Positions 18,641-28,442 of a DNA stretch of 64,000 nucleotides are shown here, piece after piece (the stretch's first letter is position 1; every line of letters begins with the position of its first letter). The stretch is taken from NCBI GenBank assembly GCA_026388815.1, contig JAPLJA010000033.1:4901-68900 (forward strand), in the 5' to 3' direction. Made by a program: the position numbers and the translations under genes. Under the pieces are notes generated by a model. That model saw only the letters and a list, made by a program, of their open reading frames with translations. It was not told where the DNA came from and searched no databases. The stretch is from Pseudomonadota bacterium. GTDB lineage: Bacteria; Desulfobacterota; WTBG01; JAPLJA01.

Positions 18641-20368
18641 ATGAAGACTTTTTACGGTAAATTTTTATTTATTTTAGGTAATGAGAGAAAAAAAATTAAA
18701 TATTTGTTGCTGCTGTTTCTTTTTTCTTCCATGTTGGATTTGTTCGGAATTGCTTTAATTGGGCCGTTTCTAAACAATTTATTTAATTCAGAGACTGGCG
18801 GGTTTTTTAGTGAAATAAGCAAGGGTGCGCCAGTATATATCGGTATTATGATTGTAGCGGCATTCTGTATTAAAGGGGTAACGGCTTATTATGTCGCAAA
18901 AACTATTGTGTTTTTTTCGTATCGGCAGCAAGGAATATTAGTGAAAAAAATTATGGGAGCGTACCAAAAATATCCATATGAACATTTGGTTACTGTGAAT
19001 ACTGCGGAAATCATTAATACAATAAATAATTATAGTGCTTTGTTTGCCAGTGGTGTTTTAATGAACATACTTGACTTATGGGCGAATTGTTTTGTTGCGC
19101 TTGTGATTATCGGTTTTTTAGCTTATCAGGATTGGATTATTTTAGGCATATTAGTTGGGATGCTTGCATTAGTGATATTTATATATGATTATTTTTTTAA
19201 AGTTCGCTTTGAACGATCAGGAAAAGAGTGTGCCCAGGCGCAGGAACAGATTATTAGAGGCGTTAATCATGCTTTTGGGGGGCTAAAGGAAATCCGGTTG
19301 TTGGGTGTGGAGGATTATTTTTACCGTAAGGTGTCTGTGGCTGTGGATAAATATGCAAATGAGGGGTCAATATCAAGCGCCTTTCAAATTTTACCGCGTT
19401 ATTTAATTGAGACTGTAATGATTGTCTTTGTTGTTTCAGTGTTGATTATTTATTCGTATTTAGGAAGAAATATTCAAGAGATTGTGTATTTATTTGGAAT
19501 ATTCGGAGTGGCGGCGATGAGATTGATGCCGTCATCGAATCAAATTATCGTCTCGATGAGCAAGGTGCGTTTTTCCTTATTTGTTATTGATAGGTTGTAT
19601 GAAACATTGTTGGAGATTGAGCGTTTTGCTGGCAATCAAGAACGGAATGATGCTGGGCGTAGCAAGTTTAAACAATTCAGACAGATTGTGCTTAAGGACG
19701 TTTATTTTAAGTATAAAAATACTGAATATCCTGCACTGAAGGATATTAATATTGTTGTTCGAAGAGGTCAGTCAATTGGCATTATTGGTGAATCTGGCTC
19801 TGGAAAAACAACTTTGGTGAATCTGATTTTAGGACTACTGGCGCCTCAAAGTGGTGAAATTGCCGTTGACGGTGTGACTATTAATAAAAATAATCTGAAT
19901 GAATGGCGTCAATTGTTAGCATATATTCCTCAAGACATTTATTTGATTGATGATACAATTGCCAGGAATGTCGCTTTAGGTATTGAGGATGCTATGATTT
20001 CCTTTGCCCGCTTAGAGAGAGCGATGAAATCAGCTCAGATATGGGATTTTGTGAATCAATTGCCCAAGGGGATCGATACGATGGTGGGCGAACGCGGCAT
20101 AATGTTATCAGGCGGTCAACGGCAACGAATTGCAATTGCGAGGGCCATCTACCATGACCATGACATTATTGTTATGGATGAAGGCACTTCAGCGTTAGAT
20201 GACGAAACTGAAAGCGCAGTAGTGAAGTCGATTGCAGCGCTTAAGGGTGACTATACTCTTATTGTCATTGCCCACCGATACACTACTTTAAAAAACTGTG
20301 ACCTCATATATAAAATGAGTTGTGGGGCAGTGATAGATAGCGGCGAGTACCAAGTTCTGTGTCAATAG
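18641..20368 (+). CDS. ABC transporter permease/ATPase (PglK/MsbA-like glycan flippase)
   Basis: N-terminal TM domain; GESGSGKT, LSGGQRQRIAIARA, MDEGTSALD, IAHR. Confidence 0.9.
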   Translation: MKTFYGKFLFILGNERKKIKYLLLLFLFSSMLDLFGIALIGPFLNNLFNSETGGFFSEISKGAPVYIGIMIVAAFCIKGVTAYYVAKTIVFFSYRQQGILVKKIMGAYQKYPYEHLVTVNTAEIINTINNYSALFASGVLMNILDLWANCFVALVIIGFLAYQDWIILGILVGMLALVIFIYDYFFKVRFERSGKECAQAQEQIIRGVNHAFGGLKEIRLLGVEDYFYRKVSVAVDKYANEGSISSAFQILPRYLIETVMIVFVVSVLIIYSYLGRNIQEIVYLFGIFGVAAMRLMPSSNQIIVSMSKVRFSLFVIDRLYETLLEIERFAGNQERNDAGRSKFKQFRQIVLKDVYFKYKNTEYPALKDINIVVRRGQSIGIIGESGSGKTTLVNLILGLLAPQSGEIAVDGVTINKNNLNEWRQLLAYIPQDIYLIDDTIARNVALGIEDAMISFARLERAMKSAQIWDFVNQLPKGIDTMVGERGIMLSGGQRQRIAIARAIYHDHDIIVMDEGTSALDDETESAVVKSIAALKGDYTLIVIAHRYTTLKNCDLIYKMSCGAVIDSGEYQVLCQ

Positions 20369-20424
20369 TGAAAGAAGAAGATTGTTAGCGCCAAGCTTCA
20401 TATCTGTGCTTAAAAGGAGAATTT

Positions 20425-21396
20425 ATGAGATTTACAATTGGCTTTGAAAAAAATGATAAAGAGAAGTTATTCGAATTATGGAATGATATTATCATAAATC
20501 AGCAGTGGTCTGAAGGTAAATATGCGAAGTTATTTGAGGAAAAGTGGACTGCTTACAATAACAGCCCATCAGTTGTTTTTTCCAGTTGGGCAGGTGCTGC
20601 CCTCGCTGCATTGGAATTCTATGGAGTTAAGGGACAGACGGTGTTATGCCCTTCCAATACATTCATGGCAACACCTTTGAGTGTTATTAAGGCTGGTGGA
20701 AGTATTGAATTCGTAGACTGCAACAGACATGACCTTTGCATGTCTTTCGCTGATCTAAAATATAAAGTGGAACAGTTTAAACCGAAGTTGGTGTGGATTG
20801 TGCACATTGGTGGGCATATTGCTTTTGAAATAGAGAAAATAGCTAATTTGTGCAAGGAAAAAAGTATAGTCCTGTTGGAGGATTGCGCTCATGCTCATGG
20901 GGCTTCATGGAACGGCAAAAAAGCCGGGACATGGGGAGATGCAGGTATTTATTCATTTTATGCAACGAAAACCATTTCAACCGGTGAAGGTGGCATACTG
21001 GTTACCAATAACTCAAGTTTACTTGATTTCTGTCGGCAATATAGAAATTATGGGAAATTCGATTATCAAGTGGAAGGCTTGAATTACCGGATGAGTGAAT
21101 TTACCGCTGCTCTTGGTTGTGTACAGACAGATCGCTTAGATGAAATCGTGTCTTGGAAGAACGAATATGCCTCTAAGCATCTGGACGCGCAATTTCCTAA
21201 CCGTGTTAAATTTCCATCGGGCATGATCTCTGGATACTATAAGTATATCGTTTTTGATCCGATAGAGAAGTCCACTGGCAAGGTGTATGATCAGCCGTGC
21301 CACCGCTTTATAAAAAAGAATTATGTGTTGCACAACTCGGATTGGGTGGCGAAAAATCATTGGTGTGTGCCTTTATACTATAAGGGAGATATATAA
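20425..21396 (+). CDS. DegT-family aminotransferase
   Basis: EDCAHAHG, SFYATKTISTGEGG, GLNYRMSE. Confidence 0.9.
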   Translation: MRFTIGFEKNDKEKLFELWNDIIINQQWSEGKYAKLFEEKWTAYNNSPSVVFSSWAGAALAALEFYGVKGQTVLCPSNTFMATPLSVIKAGGSIEFVDCNRHDLCMSFADLKYKVEQFKPKLVWIVHIGGHIAFEIEKIANLCKEKSIVLLEDCAHAHGASWNGKKAGTWGDAGIYSFYATKTISTGEGGILVTNNSSLLDFCRQYRNYGKFDYQVEGLNYRMSEFTAALGCVQTDRLDEIVSWKNEYASKHLDAQFPNRVKFPSGMISGYYKYIVFDPIEKSTGKVYDQPCHRFIKKNYVLHNSDWVAKNHWCVPLYYKGDI

Positions 21397-21415
21397 AAAT
21401 TCAGGAGGGACTGAA

Positions 21416-22354
21416 GTGAAAGTACTTGTAACAGGTGGTTCAGGTTTTATTGGGTCGCATGTTGTTGATAAATTGAGAGATAAAGGGGTTGATGTGCGCA
21501 TTTATGACATGATCATGCCAACTTTTTGTAAAAATATCGAATATTACCAGGGCAGTATTCTTGATGATATGACGTTAGGCATGGCAATGCATGGAATCGA
21601 TGCCATTTTTCATCTTGCGGCTGTTGCGGATGTCAAGGATGTATTCGAATCACCCCATTATTCAGAAGCTATTAATGTCAGAGGCACGATCAATATTCTC
21701 GAAGCGGCGCGCAGATCGAAAATTAGGGTAATTTATGGTAGCACCACATGGGTTTACAGTGATACGCAAGGGAAAAAGGTCGATGAATCAACTCCGCTTC
21801 AGGCTCCTTTTCACCTTTACACGGCAACAAAATTAGCTGGCGAGTATTACTGTAAAAATTATAGCAATTTATATGGGATAGAAACAACGATTCTTCGATA
21901 TGGTATCCCATATGGACCTAGGGCAAGGGACGGTGCCGTGGTTCCCATATTTGTCGGCAAAGCCTTAAAAGGGGAACCTCTCACCATTGCTGGCGATGGT
22001 TCCCAATTCAGAAAATTCGTTTATGTTGAAGATCTTGCTGAGGGTAATGTCCTGGCTCTGAAATCCATAGCAAAAAACAAGATATACAATCTTGATGGTA
22101 ATGAACAGGTGAGCATAAGACAGATCGCGGAAACCATACAGAAACTGATCGGAGACGTAAAAATCGAATATATACCGGCGCGCACGGGAGATTTCTCTGG
22201 CAAGGAAATTTCAAGCGAACTGGCAAAAAATGAATTAGGATGGGAGCCTAAGGTAAGATTTGAGGAAGGTGTGCGCCGATATATTGAGTGGTATAAGGAT
22301 AGAGACCAAAAAAGAAAAGAAAGCTGGGAGAAAATTGATAGTAATTTAAAATAA
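21416..22354 (+). CDS. NAD-dependent epimerase/dehydratase
   Basis: GTG start after AGGAGG; TGGSGFIG, YTATK, GDGSQFR. Confidence 0.9.
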   Translation: MKVLVTGGSGFIGSHVVDKLRDKGVDVRIYDMIMPTFCKNIEYYQGSILDDMTLGMAMHGIDAIFHLAAVADVKDVFESPHYSEAINVRGTINILEAARRSKIRVIYGSTTWVYSDTQGKKVDESTPLQAPFHLYTATKLAGEYYCKNYSNLYGIETTILRYGIPYGPRARDGAVVPIFVGKALKGEPLTIAGDGSQFRKFVYVEDLAEGNVLALKSIAKNKIYNLDGNEQVSIRQIAETIQKLIGDVKIEYIPARTGDFSGKEISSELAKNELGWEPKVRFEEGVRRYIEWYKDRDQKRKESWEKIDSNLK

Positions 22355-22367
22355 GGATGCAGCTGCG

Positions 22368-23033
22368 ATGAACGTCATTATTGTTGCTCCTCATATGGAT
22401 GATGAAGTGCTTGGTTGCGGTGGGGTGATTATGAAGCATAAAGAAAAAGGTGATAATGTGTCCGTCATCTTTATCGCCCACCGAGTCTATAATCATTCCT
22501 ATAACCACGCAAGAAACGTGATAGAAAAGACTCATGCGCAAAAAGCAAAAGAGATTTTAGGTTATGATCATATCTATTTTCTTGGTTTACCGGATGAAAG
22601 GCTCGATGCTGCCGTTCAAGACATCATTATACCTCTTGAAAGGCAAGTCGAGATGACTCGTCCTGACATTGTATATGTCCCTTTTCGAGGGGATAATAAC
22701 CAAGATCATATCGCTGTTTTTAATGCAGCCAGAGTGGTTTTTAGGCCTACTGCTACCACTTTCATTAAAAAGATATACATGTATGAAGTTCCTTCATCAA
22801 CAGAGCAATCTCCATCTCTCTTAGAGAATGCTTACCTGCCATCCTATTATGTGGATATTAAAAAGTATATTGATAAAAAGCTGGCGGCTTTGGCCTGTTA
22901 TGAAAGCGAAATCCGTCCTTTTCCGCATCCTCGTTCTCCAGATGGCTTAAGAATCTGGTCACAGAAAAGGGGTATGGAAATTGGTTTTGAGTATGCAGAG
23001 GCGTTCATGATCTTAAGAGATAAATGGTGTTAA
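22368..23033 (+). CDS. PIG-L/LmbE-family N-deacetylase
   Basis: APHMDDEVLGCGG, DNNQDH, YESE..PFPHPRS, AEAF. Confidence 0.9.
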   Translation: MNVIIVAPHMDDEVLGCGGVIMKHKEKGDNVSVIFIAHRVYNHSYNHARNVIEKTHAQKAKEILGYDHIYFLGLPDERLDAAVQDIIIPLERQVEMTRPDIVYVPFRGDNNQDHIAVFNAARVVFRPTATTFIKKIYMYEVPSSTEQSPSLLENAYLPSYYVDIKKYIDKKLAALACYESEIRPFPHPRSPDGLRIWSQKRGMEIGFEYAEAFMILRDKWC

Positions 23034-23034
23034 G

Positions 23035-23658
23035 ATGATTTTAGGCATAACGCCCGCACGAGGGGGCAGCAAAGAGATTCCAGAAAAAAACATCAAGCAG
23101 ATAGCAGGGAAACCACTGATAGCTTGGACCATAGAAGCCGCCAGGCAATCGTGGCTCATCGATCGCTATATTGTTTCGACAGAGAGTAATGAGATCGCGG
23201 AAGTTGTAAGAAAATTCGGCGCTGAAGTATTGTGGAGACCACCTGAGTTGGCAACTGATGAGGCATCAACTCTTGCTGTGCTTCAGCATGCCATTGAGTG
23301 CATACCCACTGATATTGTTGTCTTGCTTCAGGCCACATCGCCGGTTAGAAGACCTGGGCTTATTGATGAGTCTATTCAAGATTTTTATCTTAATGACTAT
23401 GACTCACTGGCGACAGGATTCTATTGCAAATACGTTGAATATGGAAGGAATGATCTTCATCGCCAGAACATTTCAGGATTCTTCTACGATGATGGTAACG
23501 TGTATGTTGTGAAGGCCGACCTTGTGAGAAACGGAGATCGGTATGGAACCAAGGTCGGCCGCAAAATTATCAGCAGGTGGGAAAATGTTGATATAGATGA
23601 TATGTTCGACTTCTGGGTTGCTGAAAGGATTCTCGAATGCGGAATGGTCAGATGGTAA
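23035..23658 (+). CDS. neuA: Acylneuraminate cytidylyltransferase
   Basis: PARGGSKEIPEKN, GKPLIAW, RPPELATD, LQATSP, DIDD. Confidence 0.9.
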   Translation: MILGITPARGGSKEIPEKNIKQIAGKPLIAWTIEAARQSWLIDRYIVSTESNEIAEVVRKFGAEVLWRPPELATDEASTLAVLQHAIECIPTDIVVLLQATSPVRRPGLIDESIQDFYLNDYDSLATGFYCKYVEYGRNDLHRQNISGFFYDDGNVYVVKADLVRNGDRYGTKVGRKIISRWENVDIDDMFDFWVAERILECGMVRW

Positions 23659-24368
23659 TTACGATTCATCAACCAGAACATATGCCGTGGCTCGGTTTTT
23701 TTCACAAGGTTTACATGTCTGAAGTTTTAGTGTTTCTTGATAACGTCCAGTACCGTAGAAGATACTTTCAGAATAGAAATAAAATCAGGATAAAGAACGG
23801 TTGGCAGTGGTTGACGGTACCGTTGAAAAAGGAAAACAGAGATGAACTGCTTATAAAAGATGCAAAAATATATAGGGATGACACTAAATGGATAATTAAA
23901 AACACGGACAGTATCTACCACAATTACTGCAAGGCCCCCTTCTTTAACACCTTTTGGGACAATTTCAAATCTACATACAGTAATGAATATCAATACCTAT
24001 CGGAATTAAACATATCTTTAATACATTTTTTTTTCAATGTTCTCGGTCTGAAAAAAGATGTTGTTTTGGCTTCAACGATGGGCGTTTTAGGTGAAAAGGG
24101 CGATTTGATATTTAACATTTGCAAAGCAATTGGGACAACAAAGTATGTATCAGGCATTTCAGGACGGGATTATCTTGATATGGAAAAGTTTCACAGAAAT
24201 GGAATCGAGGTTATTATACAGGAATTCCGCCACCCGGTATACAAACAAATGTATGACCCCTTTATGCCTTGCATGTCCATAATAGACCTTCTTTTTAACC
24301 ACGGAGATAAAAGCCTCGACATTATTAATGGAGTAGGCGTCCCTGTTATGGAAGAAATATTTACGTAG
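23652..24368 (+). CDS. wbqC: WbqC-family protein
   Basis: IHQPEHMPWLGFF, DNVQY, QNRNKI, WLTVP, SIIDLLFN. Confidence 0.9.
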   Translation: MVITIHQPEHMPWLGFFHKVYMSEVLVFLDNVQYRRRYFQNRNKIRIKNGWQWLTVPLKKENRDELLIKDAKIYRDDTKWIIKNTDSIYHNYCKAPFFNTFWDNFKSTYSNEYQYLSELNISLIHFFFNVLGLKKDVVLASTMGVLGEKGDLIFNICKAIGTTKYVSGISGRDYLDMEKFHRNGIEVIIQEFRHPVYKQMYDPFMPCMSIIDLLFNHGDKSLDIINGVGVPVMEEIFT

Positions 24369-24389
24369 ACGATATCCAAGGAAAACGGA

Positions 24390-25427
24390 ATGAAAAATAG
24401 AAATATCGCTTGTAATTATTATCCTGCATGGCCAGGTTGGCCGGAACATAGAACAGCAGTTATTGCAGAAGTTGGCATTAACCACGGAGGCGATGATTCT
24501 CTTGCATGGCAAATGATCGAAACGGCCCAAGAAAACGGTGCCGATTTTATAAAATTGCAGTCTTTTGTTACTGAAGAGTTTTTTCATCCATCACTACCTT
24601 ATTTTTTAAGCACAAAAGCTATGGAGCTTTCCTTTGAATCCCAAAGAAAGCTGTTCAGAAAGGCACAAAGTCTCAACATCAAACTGATAACGACGCCGTT
24701 CGATTTTAAATCGGTCGATCTTGCTGAGGAGTTTGATCCCGTAGCACATAAAATAGCATCCATGGACAACGATAATATCCCTCTTATCACCTATATTGCC
24801 GCAAAAAAGAGGCCTGTTCTTGTCTCGTGCGGAATGGCCAACCTCGGGGAAATAGAGAAGATCATCACTATTATGAAGAGAGCAGGGAACGATAAATTGG
24901 TCCTTTTGCACTGTGTATCTGATTATCCGACATCCCCAGACCATTTGAATCTTGCTATGCTGGATCTCTTGCGATCGACTTTCAAGGTACCGGTTGGTCT
25001 TTCTGATCATTCACTCGGTTTGTACAGTTCTTTTATTGCAGCGTCTCTGGGTGCGGTAGTCATTGAAAAACACTTTACTACTGACAAAGCGCTTCACGAA
25101 AGGTTTCCTGATGCAGATCATAATATTTCTATTGAACCTCATGAATTAAAAGAACTGAGATGTTTTTGTGAATCAGTCCCGATCATGATGGGGATTGCAC
25201 CACGTGTCCTTACCGAAAACGAAACAATCGGAAGAAATGATTTCAGAAGGGGATTATACTGTAAAAAGGATATAGCGGCGGGAGAAAAAATCAGTTTAGA
25301 AAATACTATCTTATTAAGGCCGGTCAAAGGCATAGCAGCCGGTGCTTGGGATTTTGTATGCGGCCTAAAAGCAAAACGGAATATTTTTAAGGACAAGCCT
25401 ATCTATTATTCTGATTTAGGGCTTTAG
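24390..25427 (+). CDS. neuB: N-acetylneuraminate/nonulosonate synthase with C-terminal SAF domain
   Basis: IAEVGINHGG, KIAS, LHCVSDYP, GLSDHS, IEKHFT, RRGL..RP..GI. Confidence 0.9.
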   Translation: MKNRNIACNYYPAWPGWPEHRTAVIAEVGINHGGDDSLAWQMIETAQENGADFIKLQSFVTEEFFHPSLPYFLSTKAMELSFESQRKLFRKAQSLNIKLITTPFDFKSVDLAEEFDPVAHKIASMDNDNIPLITYIAAKKRPVLVSCGMANLGEIEKIITIMKRAGNDKLVLLHCVSDYPTSPDHLNLAMLDLLRSTFKVPVGLSDHSLGLYSSFIAASLGAVVIEKHFTTDKALHERFPDADHNISIEPHELKELRCFCESVPIMMGIAPRVLTENETIGRNDFRRGLYCKKDIAAGEKISLENTILLRPVKGIAAGAWDFVCGLKAKRNIFKDKPIYYSDLGL

Positions 25428-25442
25428 GTCTCAACATTTTTT

Positions 25443-26450
25443 ATGAATGTTTTCTTCAGAGTTGACGGCGGCAACTTATACAGCTTGGGCATGGGCCACG
25501 TCTATCGATGTCTGAAGTTTGCTGACTTTTTACGAAAAAAGAAGATTGCATCAGTTTTTGTCATGAAGGAGATAAAAGGCGGCATACAGAAAGTCGAGGA
25601 GGGAAAATACCCAATAATAAAACTGCCAAAAGGCATTGATCTCCAGAAAGAAATCAACAAATTAAGGAACATATGTTCCAAACATATACTGATTACCGAT
25701 ATTCGTGGTCTGGACAATACTTATTTTGAGCAACTCAACAACTGTTGCAGTAGGACAATATATTTTGACGATTTAGGTGATAATGGCCTCTTTCCCCATG
25801 TCTTAATCAATCCGTCAGTCACACCACTTTTGCAGAAGTACAATAAGCGGCAGCCTTCAACCAAATATCTTATAGGTAGACACTATTTTATTCTTGGTGC
25901 AGGGTTTCGGCGGAAACGGAACGTCCGAAAAACAATAAAAACAGCCCTAGTCTGTTTGGGTGGAGCTGATCCGGCAAACTATACGCCTACTCTTCTGAGA
26001 GTCTTGGAACGGGTGACTCACGATTTTGAAATCATGCTTATTTTAGGACCTGCCTTTCAGAAGTTTTATGAAATAGACGAAATACATAGACGAACAAAAA
26101 AACGGATGTGCATTTTGAGAAATGTGCCTAACATGGGCGAACTTATGTATAATGCAGATATTGCCTTCGTTTCCGGTGGCGATATCGCCCTTGAACTGGC
26201 GTATACAGGGACCCCAGGATTTATCATACCTACTATTGAATACGAGAACACAACAGCAGCGCACTTCGAATTAAAAAGGGTTTTTCTCAATCTTGACGAC
26301 ATAAAAACAAAAGACCCTGCTAAAAGCATAAGAAAGATTGAAGCGTTCTTGGATGACTTCCCGAAGAGGATGGAATTTTCCCAAAATGCAAAGAACTTTA
26401 TTGACGGTAAAGGACTTAAGAGAATTATTTATGAGCTTGGTATTATTTAG
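25443..26450 (+). CDS. PseG/SpsG-like NDP-sugar hydrolase (GT-B fold)
   Basis: FRVDGG...GMGHVYRCL, LGGADP, NMGELM..ADIA, DGKG. Confidence 0.8.
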   Translation: MNVFFRVDGGNLYSLGMGHVYRCLKFADFLRKKKIASVFVMKEIKGGIQKVEEGKYPIIKLPKGIDLQKEINKLRNICSKHILITDIRGLDNTYFEQLNNCCSRTIYFDDLGDNGLFPHVLINPSVTPLLQKYNKRQPSTKYLIGRHYFILGAGFRRKRNVRKTIKTALVCLGGADPANYTPTLLRVLERVTHDFEIMLILGPAFQKFYEIDEIHRRTKKRMCILRNVPNMGELMYNADIAFVSGGDIALELAYTGTPGFIIPTIEYENTTAAHFELKRVFLNLDDIKTKDPAKSIRKIEAFLDDFPKRMEFSQNAKNFIDGKGLKRIIYELGII

Positions 26451-26480
26451 AATATTCAGAGTAGCCCCATGTTTATCTTG

Positions 26481-26614
26481 GCGTTTCAGTAAAAAAATCC
26501 ATTTTGTTATACCGAACGACAGCAAGAGGTCTTGTAACTCTCTAATAAAAAATGTTTTCTCCCTGTGGTCGAAATGACAAATTTGTCTTTATTTGACTTT
26601 TTACGAGCTTATCA
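26481..26614. repeat. Degenerate nested palindromic REP/MITE-like element
   Basis: Inner tgttataccgaac...ggtcgaaatgaca and outer gtaaaaaaatc...gactttttacg imperfect inverted pairs. Confidence 0.45.
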
Positions 26615-26653
26615 CGCTTGATTCGAAAATAAAATATAGCAGAGGTAATAAAT

Positions 26654-28429
26654 GTGAACATTTTAGGTATTATGGTAGGCACCAACTCAACGGCTGCGCT
26701 TCTGAAGGACGGTTGCTTGGTTGCTTGTGCGAGTGAGGAGCGGTTCCTTAGAAAAAAAAATATCGGGATATACCCTTCTAACGCTGTGGAGTATTGCCTA
26801 AAAGAAGCAGCTCTGAACCCTTCGGATATCGATATTGCTGTATTTGACTCAATTACGTTTAACTACCATCATTGGGTAGTAGACAGAGACGGTACCTTTT
26901 CTGTGCAGGATTGGGTACGGGAGCAGCAGCAATACTGGAAACCTCTTTTGTATGACAAAATAGAGGTGGATTATTATGAAATATTTAAGGACAAGATAAT
27001 ACCCGAACATTACACGCCAGAAATCATACGTGACTATATCAGACCCGGCAAGGATATTCGGCCCCTTTTGCTGAGAAGACACTTGGGCGACGGGATAAAG
27101 AAGATCGAAAACTCTGTTCATTACGAGAGCCATCATTATTATGGTTATTATATGTCACCTTTCAGAGAAGAGAAAGTACTCAGTTTTGTCATTGAAGGAT
27201 GGGGTGACGGGATGAATGCATCCGTTGGCATTTTTGCAAACGGCGTGTACAAAGAGTTATATAAGACTGATCTCTGTAATATAGGGAGACTTTACCGGTA
27301 TGTCACCCTCATGCTTGGCATGAAACCAAATGAGCATGAATATAAAGTTATGGGTTTAGCAGGTTACAATACAAGACACCAGCTTGTTTGGGACATTCTG
27401 GCCGATACTCTCTACGTAGATGGCTGTAATTTTAAATACAGAAAAAAACCAACTGACCATTATTTCTGGTTTAAAGAGCGCTTTGAAGGTTGCCGTTTTG
27501 ATGAAATCGCAGGTGGTGTGCAGAAATACATAGAAACACTGATTTGCGACTGGATTCGAAATTGGATTGTCAAAACTGGAGTCCGGCGCATTGTGGTCAG
27601 CGGCGGAGTTGCCATGAATATCAAAGCAATGATGGAAGTGGCAAAACTGGATGAAGTTGATAAAATATTTGTGGCCGGGACGGGTAGCGATGAGTCAACA
27701 ACAATTGGAGCCTGTTACAGGATCTATGTTTTCCACTGCATGGAGACAGGTAAGGTCCCTGCGGCTATTCCCCTTGTGCCGAATTTATATCTCGGTCCGG
27801 CATACTCCCATTCAGACATTGATGAAGCACTTGAAGCATACGGTGGGGAAGCTTTCATCATAATAAAAAATCCAGTTACAGCAGATGATGTGGCTAAGAT
27901 TATAGCCGGAGGCAATCCCATTGCCCGATTTTCAGGCAGAATGGAATTTGGTGCGAGGGCACTGGGGAATAGGTCTATTCTTGCCGATCCGAGAAACCTC
28001 AATGTGATACGAAAAATAAATCAACAAATTAAAAGCAGGGACTTCTGGATGCCTTTTGCTCCGGTTGTAACGGAAGAGCGGAGCAATGATTACTTACTGA
28101 ACCCAAAGAATATTCAAAGCCCACACATGGCCATCGGGTTTGAGACAAAACCTCTTGCTAACAGAGACCTGATCGCGGCACTCCATCAAGGGGATCTGAC
28201 AGCTCGTCCCCAGATCTTGGAAGAATCTACGAACCCGGGATATTATGGCCTCATTAAAGCCTTTGAAAGACTGACCGGTGTCGGAGGGTTGGTAAATACT
28301 TCCTTCAATCTGCACGGAGAACCTATTGTTAACACCCCCCAAGATGCATTGCATGTGTTCATGAAGTCAGGGCTGGAGTATTTGATATTAGAAGACATCC
28401 TCATATATAAAAACCACAACAAGTCTTGA
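26654..28429 (+). CDS. Carbamoyltransferase (NodU/CmcH family)
   Basis: SEERF.R.K, EYKVMGLA, SGGVAMN, EFGARALGNRSILADP, RDFWMPFAP, NTSFNLHGEPIV. Confidence 0.93.
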   Translation: MNILGIMVGTNSTAALLKDGCLVACASEERFLRKKNIGIYPSNAVEYCLKEAALNPSDIDIAVFDSITFNYHHWVVDRDGTFSVQDWVREQQQYWKPLLYDKIEVDYYEIFKDKIIPEHYTPEIIRDYIRPGKDIRPLLLRRHLGDGIKKIENSVHYESHHYYGYYMSPFREEKVLSFVIEGWGDGMNASVGIFANGVYKELYKTDLCNIGRLYRYVTLMLGMKPNEHEYKVMGLAGYNTRHQLVWDILADTLYVDGCNFKYRKKPTDHYFWFKERFEGCRFDEIAGGVQKYIETLICDWIRNWIVKTGVRRIVVSGGVAMNIKAMMEVAKLDEVDKIFVAGTGSDESTTIGACYRIYVFHCMETGKVPAAIPLVPNLYLGPAYSHSDIDEALEAYGGEAFIIIKNPVTADDVAKIIAGGNPIARFSGRMEFGARALGNRSILADPRNLNVIRKINQQIKSRDFWMPFAPVVTEERSNDYLLNPKNIQSPHMAIGFETKPLANRDLIAALHQGDLTARPQILEESTNPGYYGLIKAFERLTGVGGLVNTSFNLHGEPIVNTPQDALHVFMKSGLEYLILEDILIYKNHNKS

Positions 28430-28442
28430 AAAGGGTCTAAGC

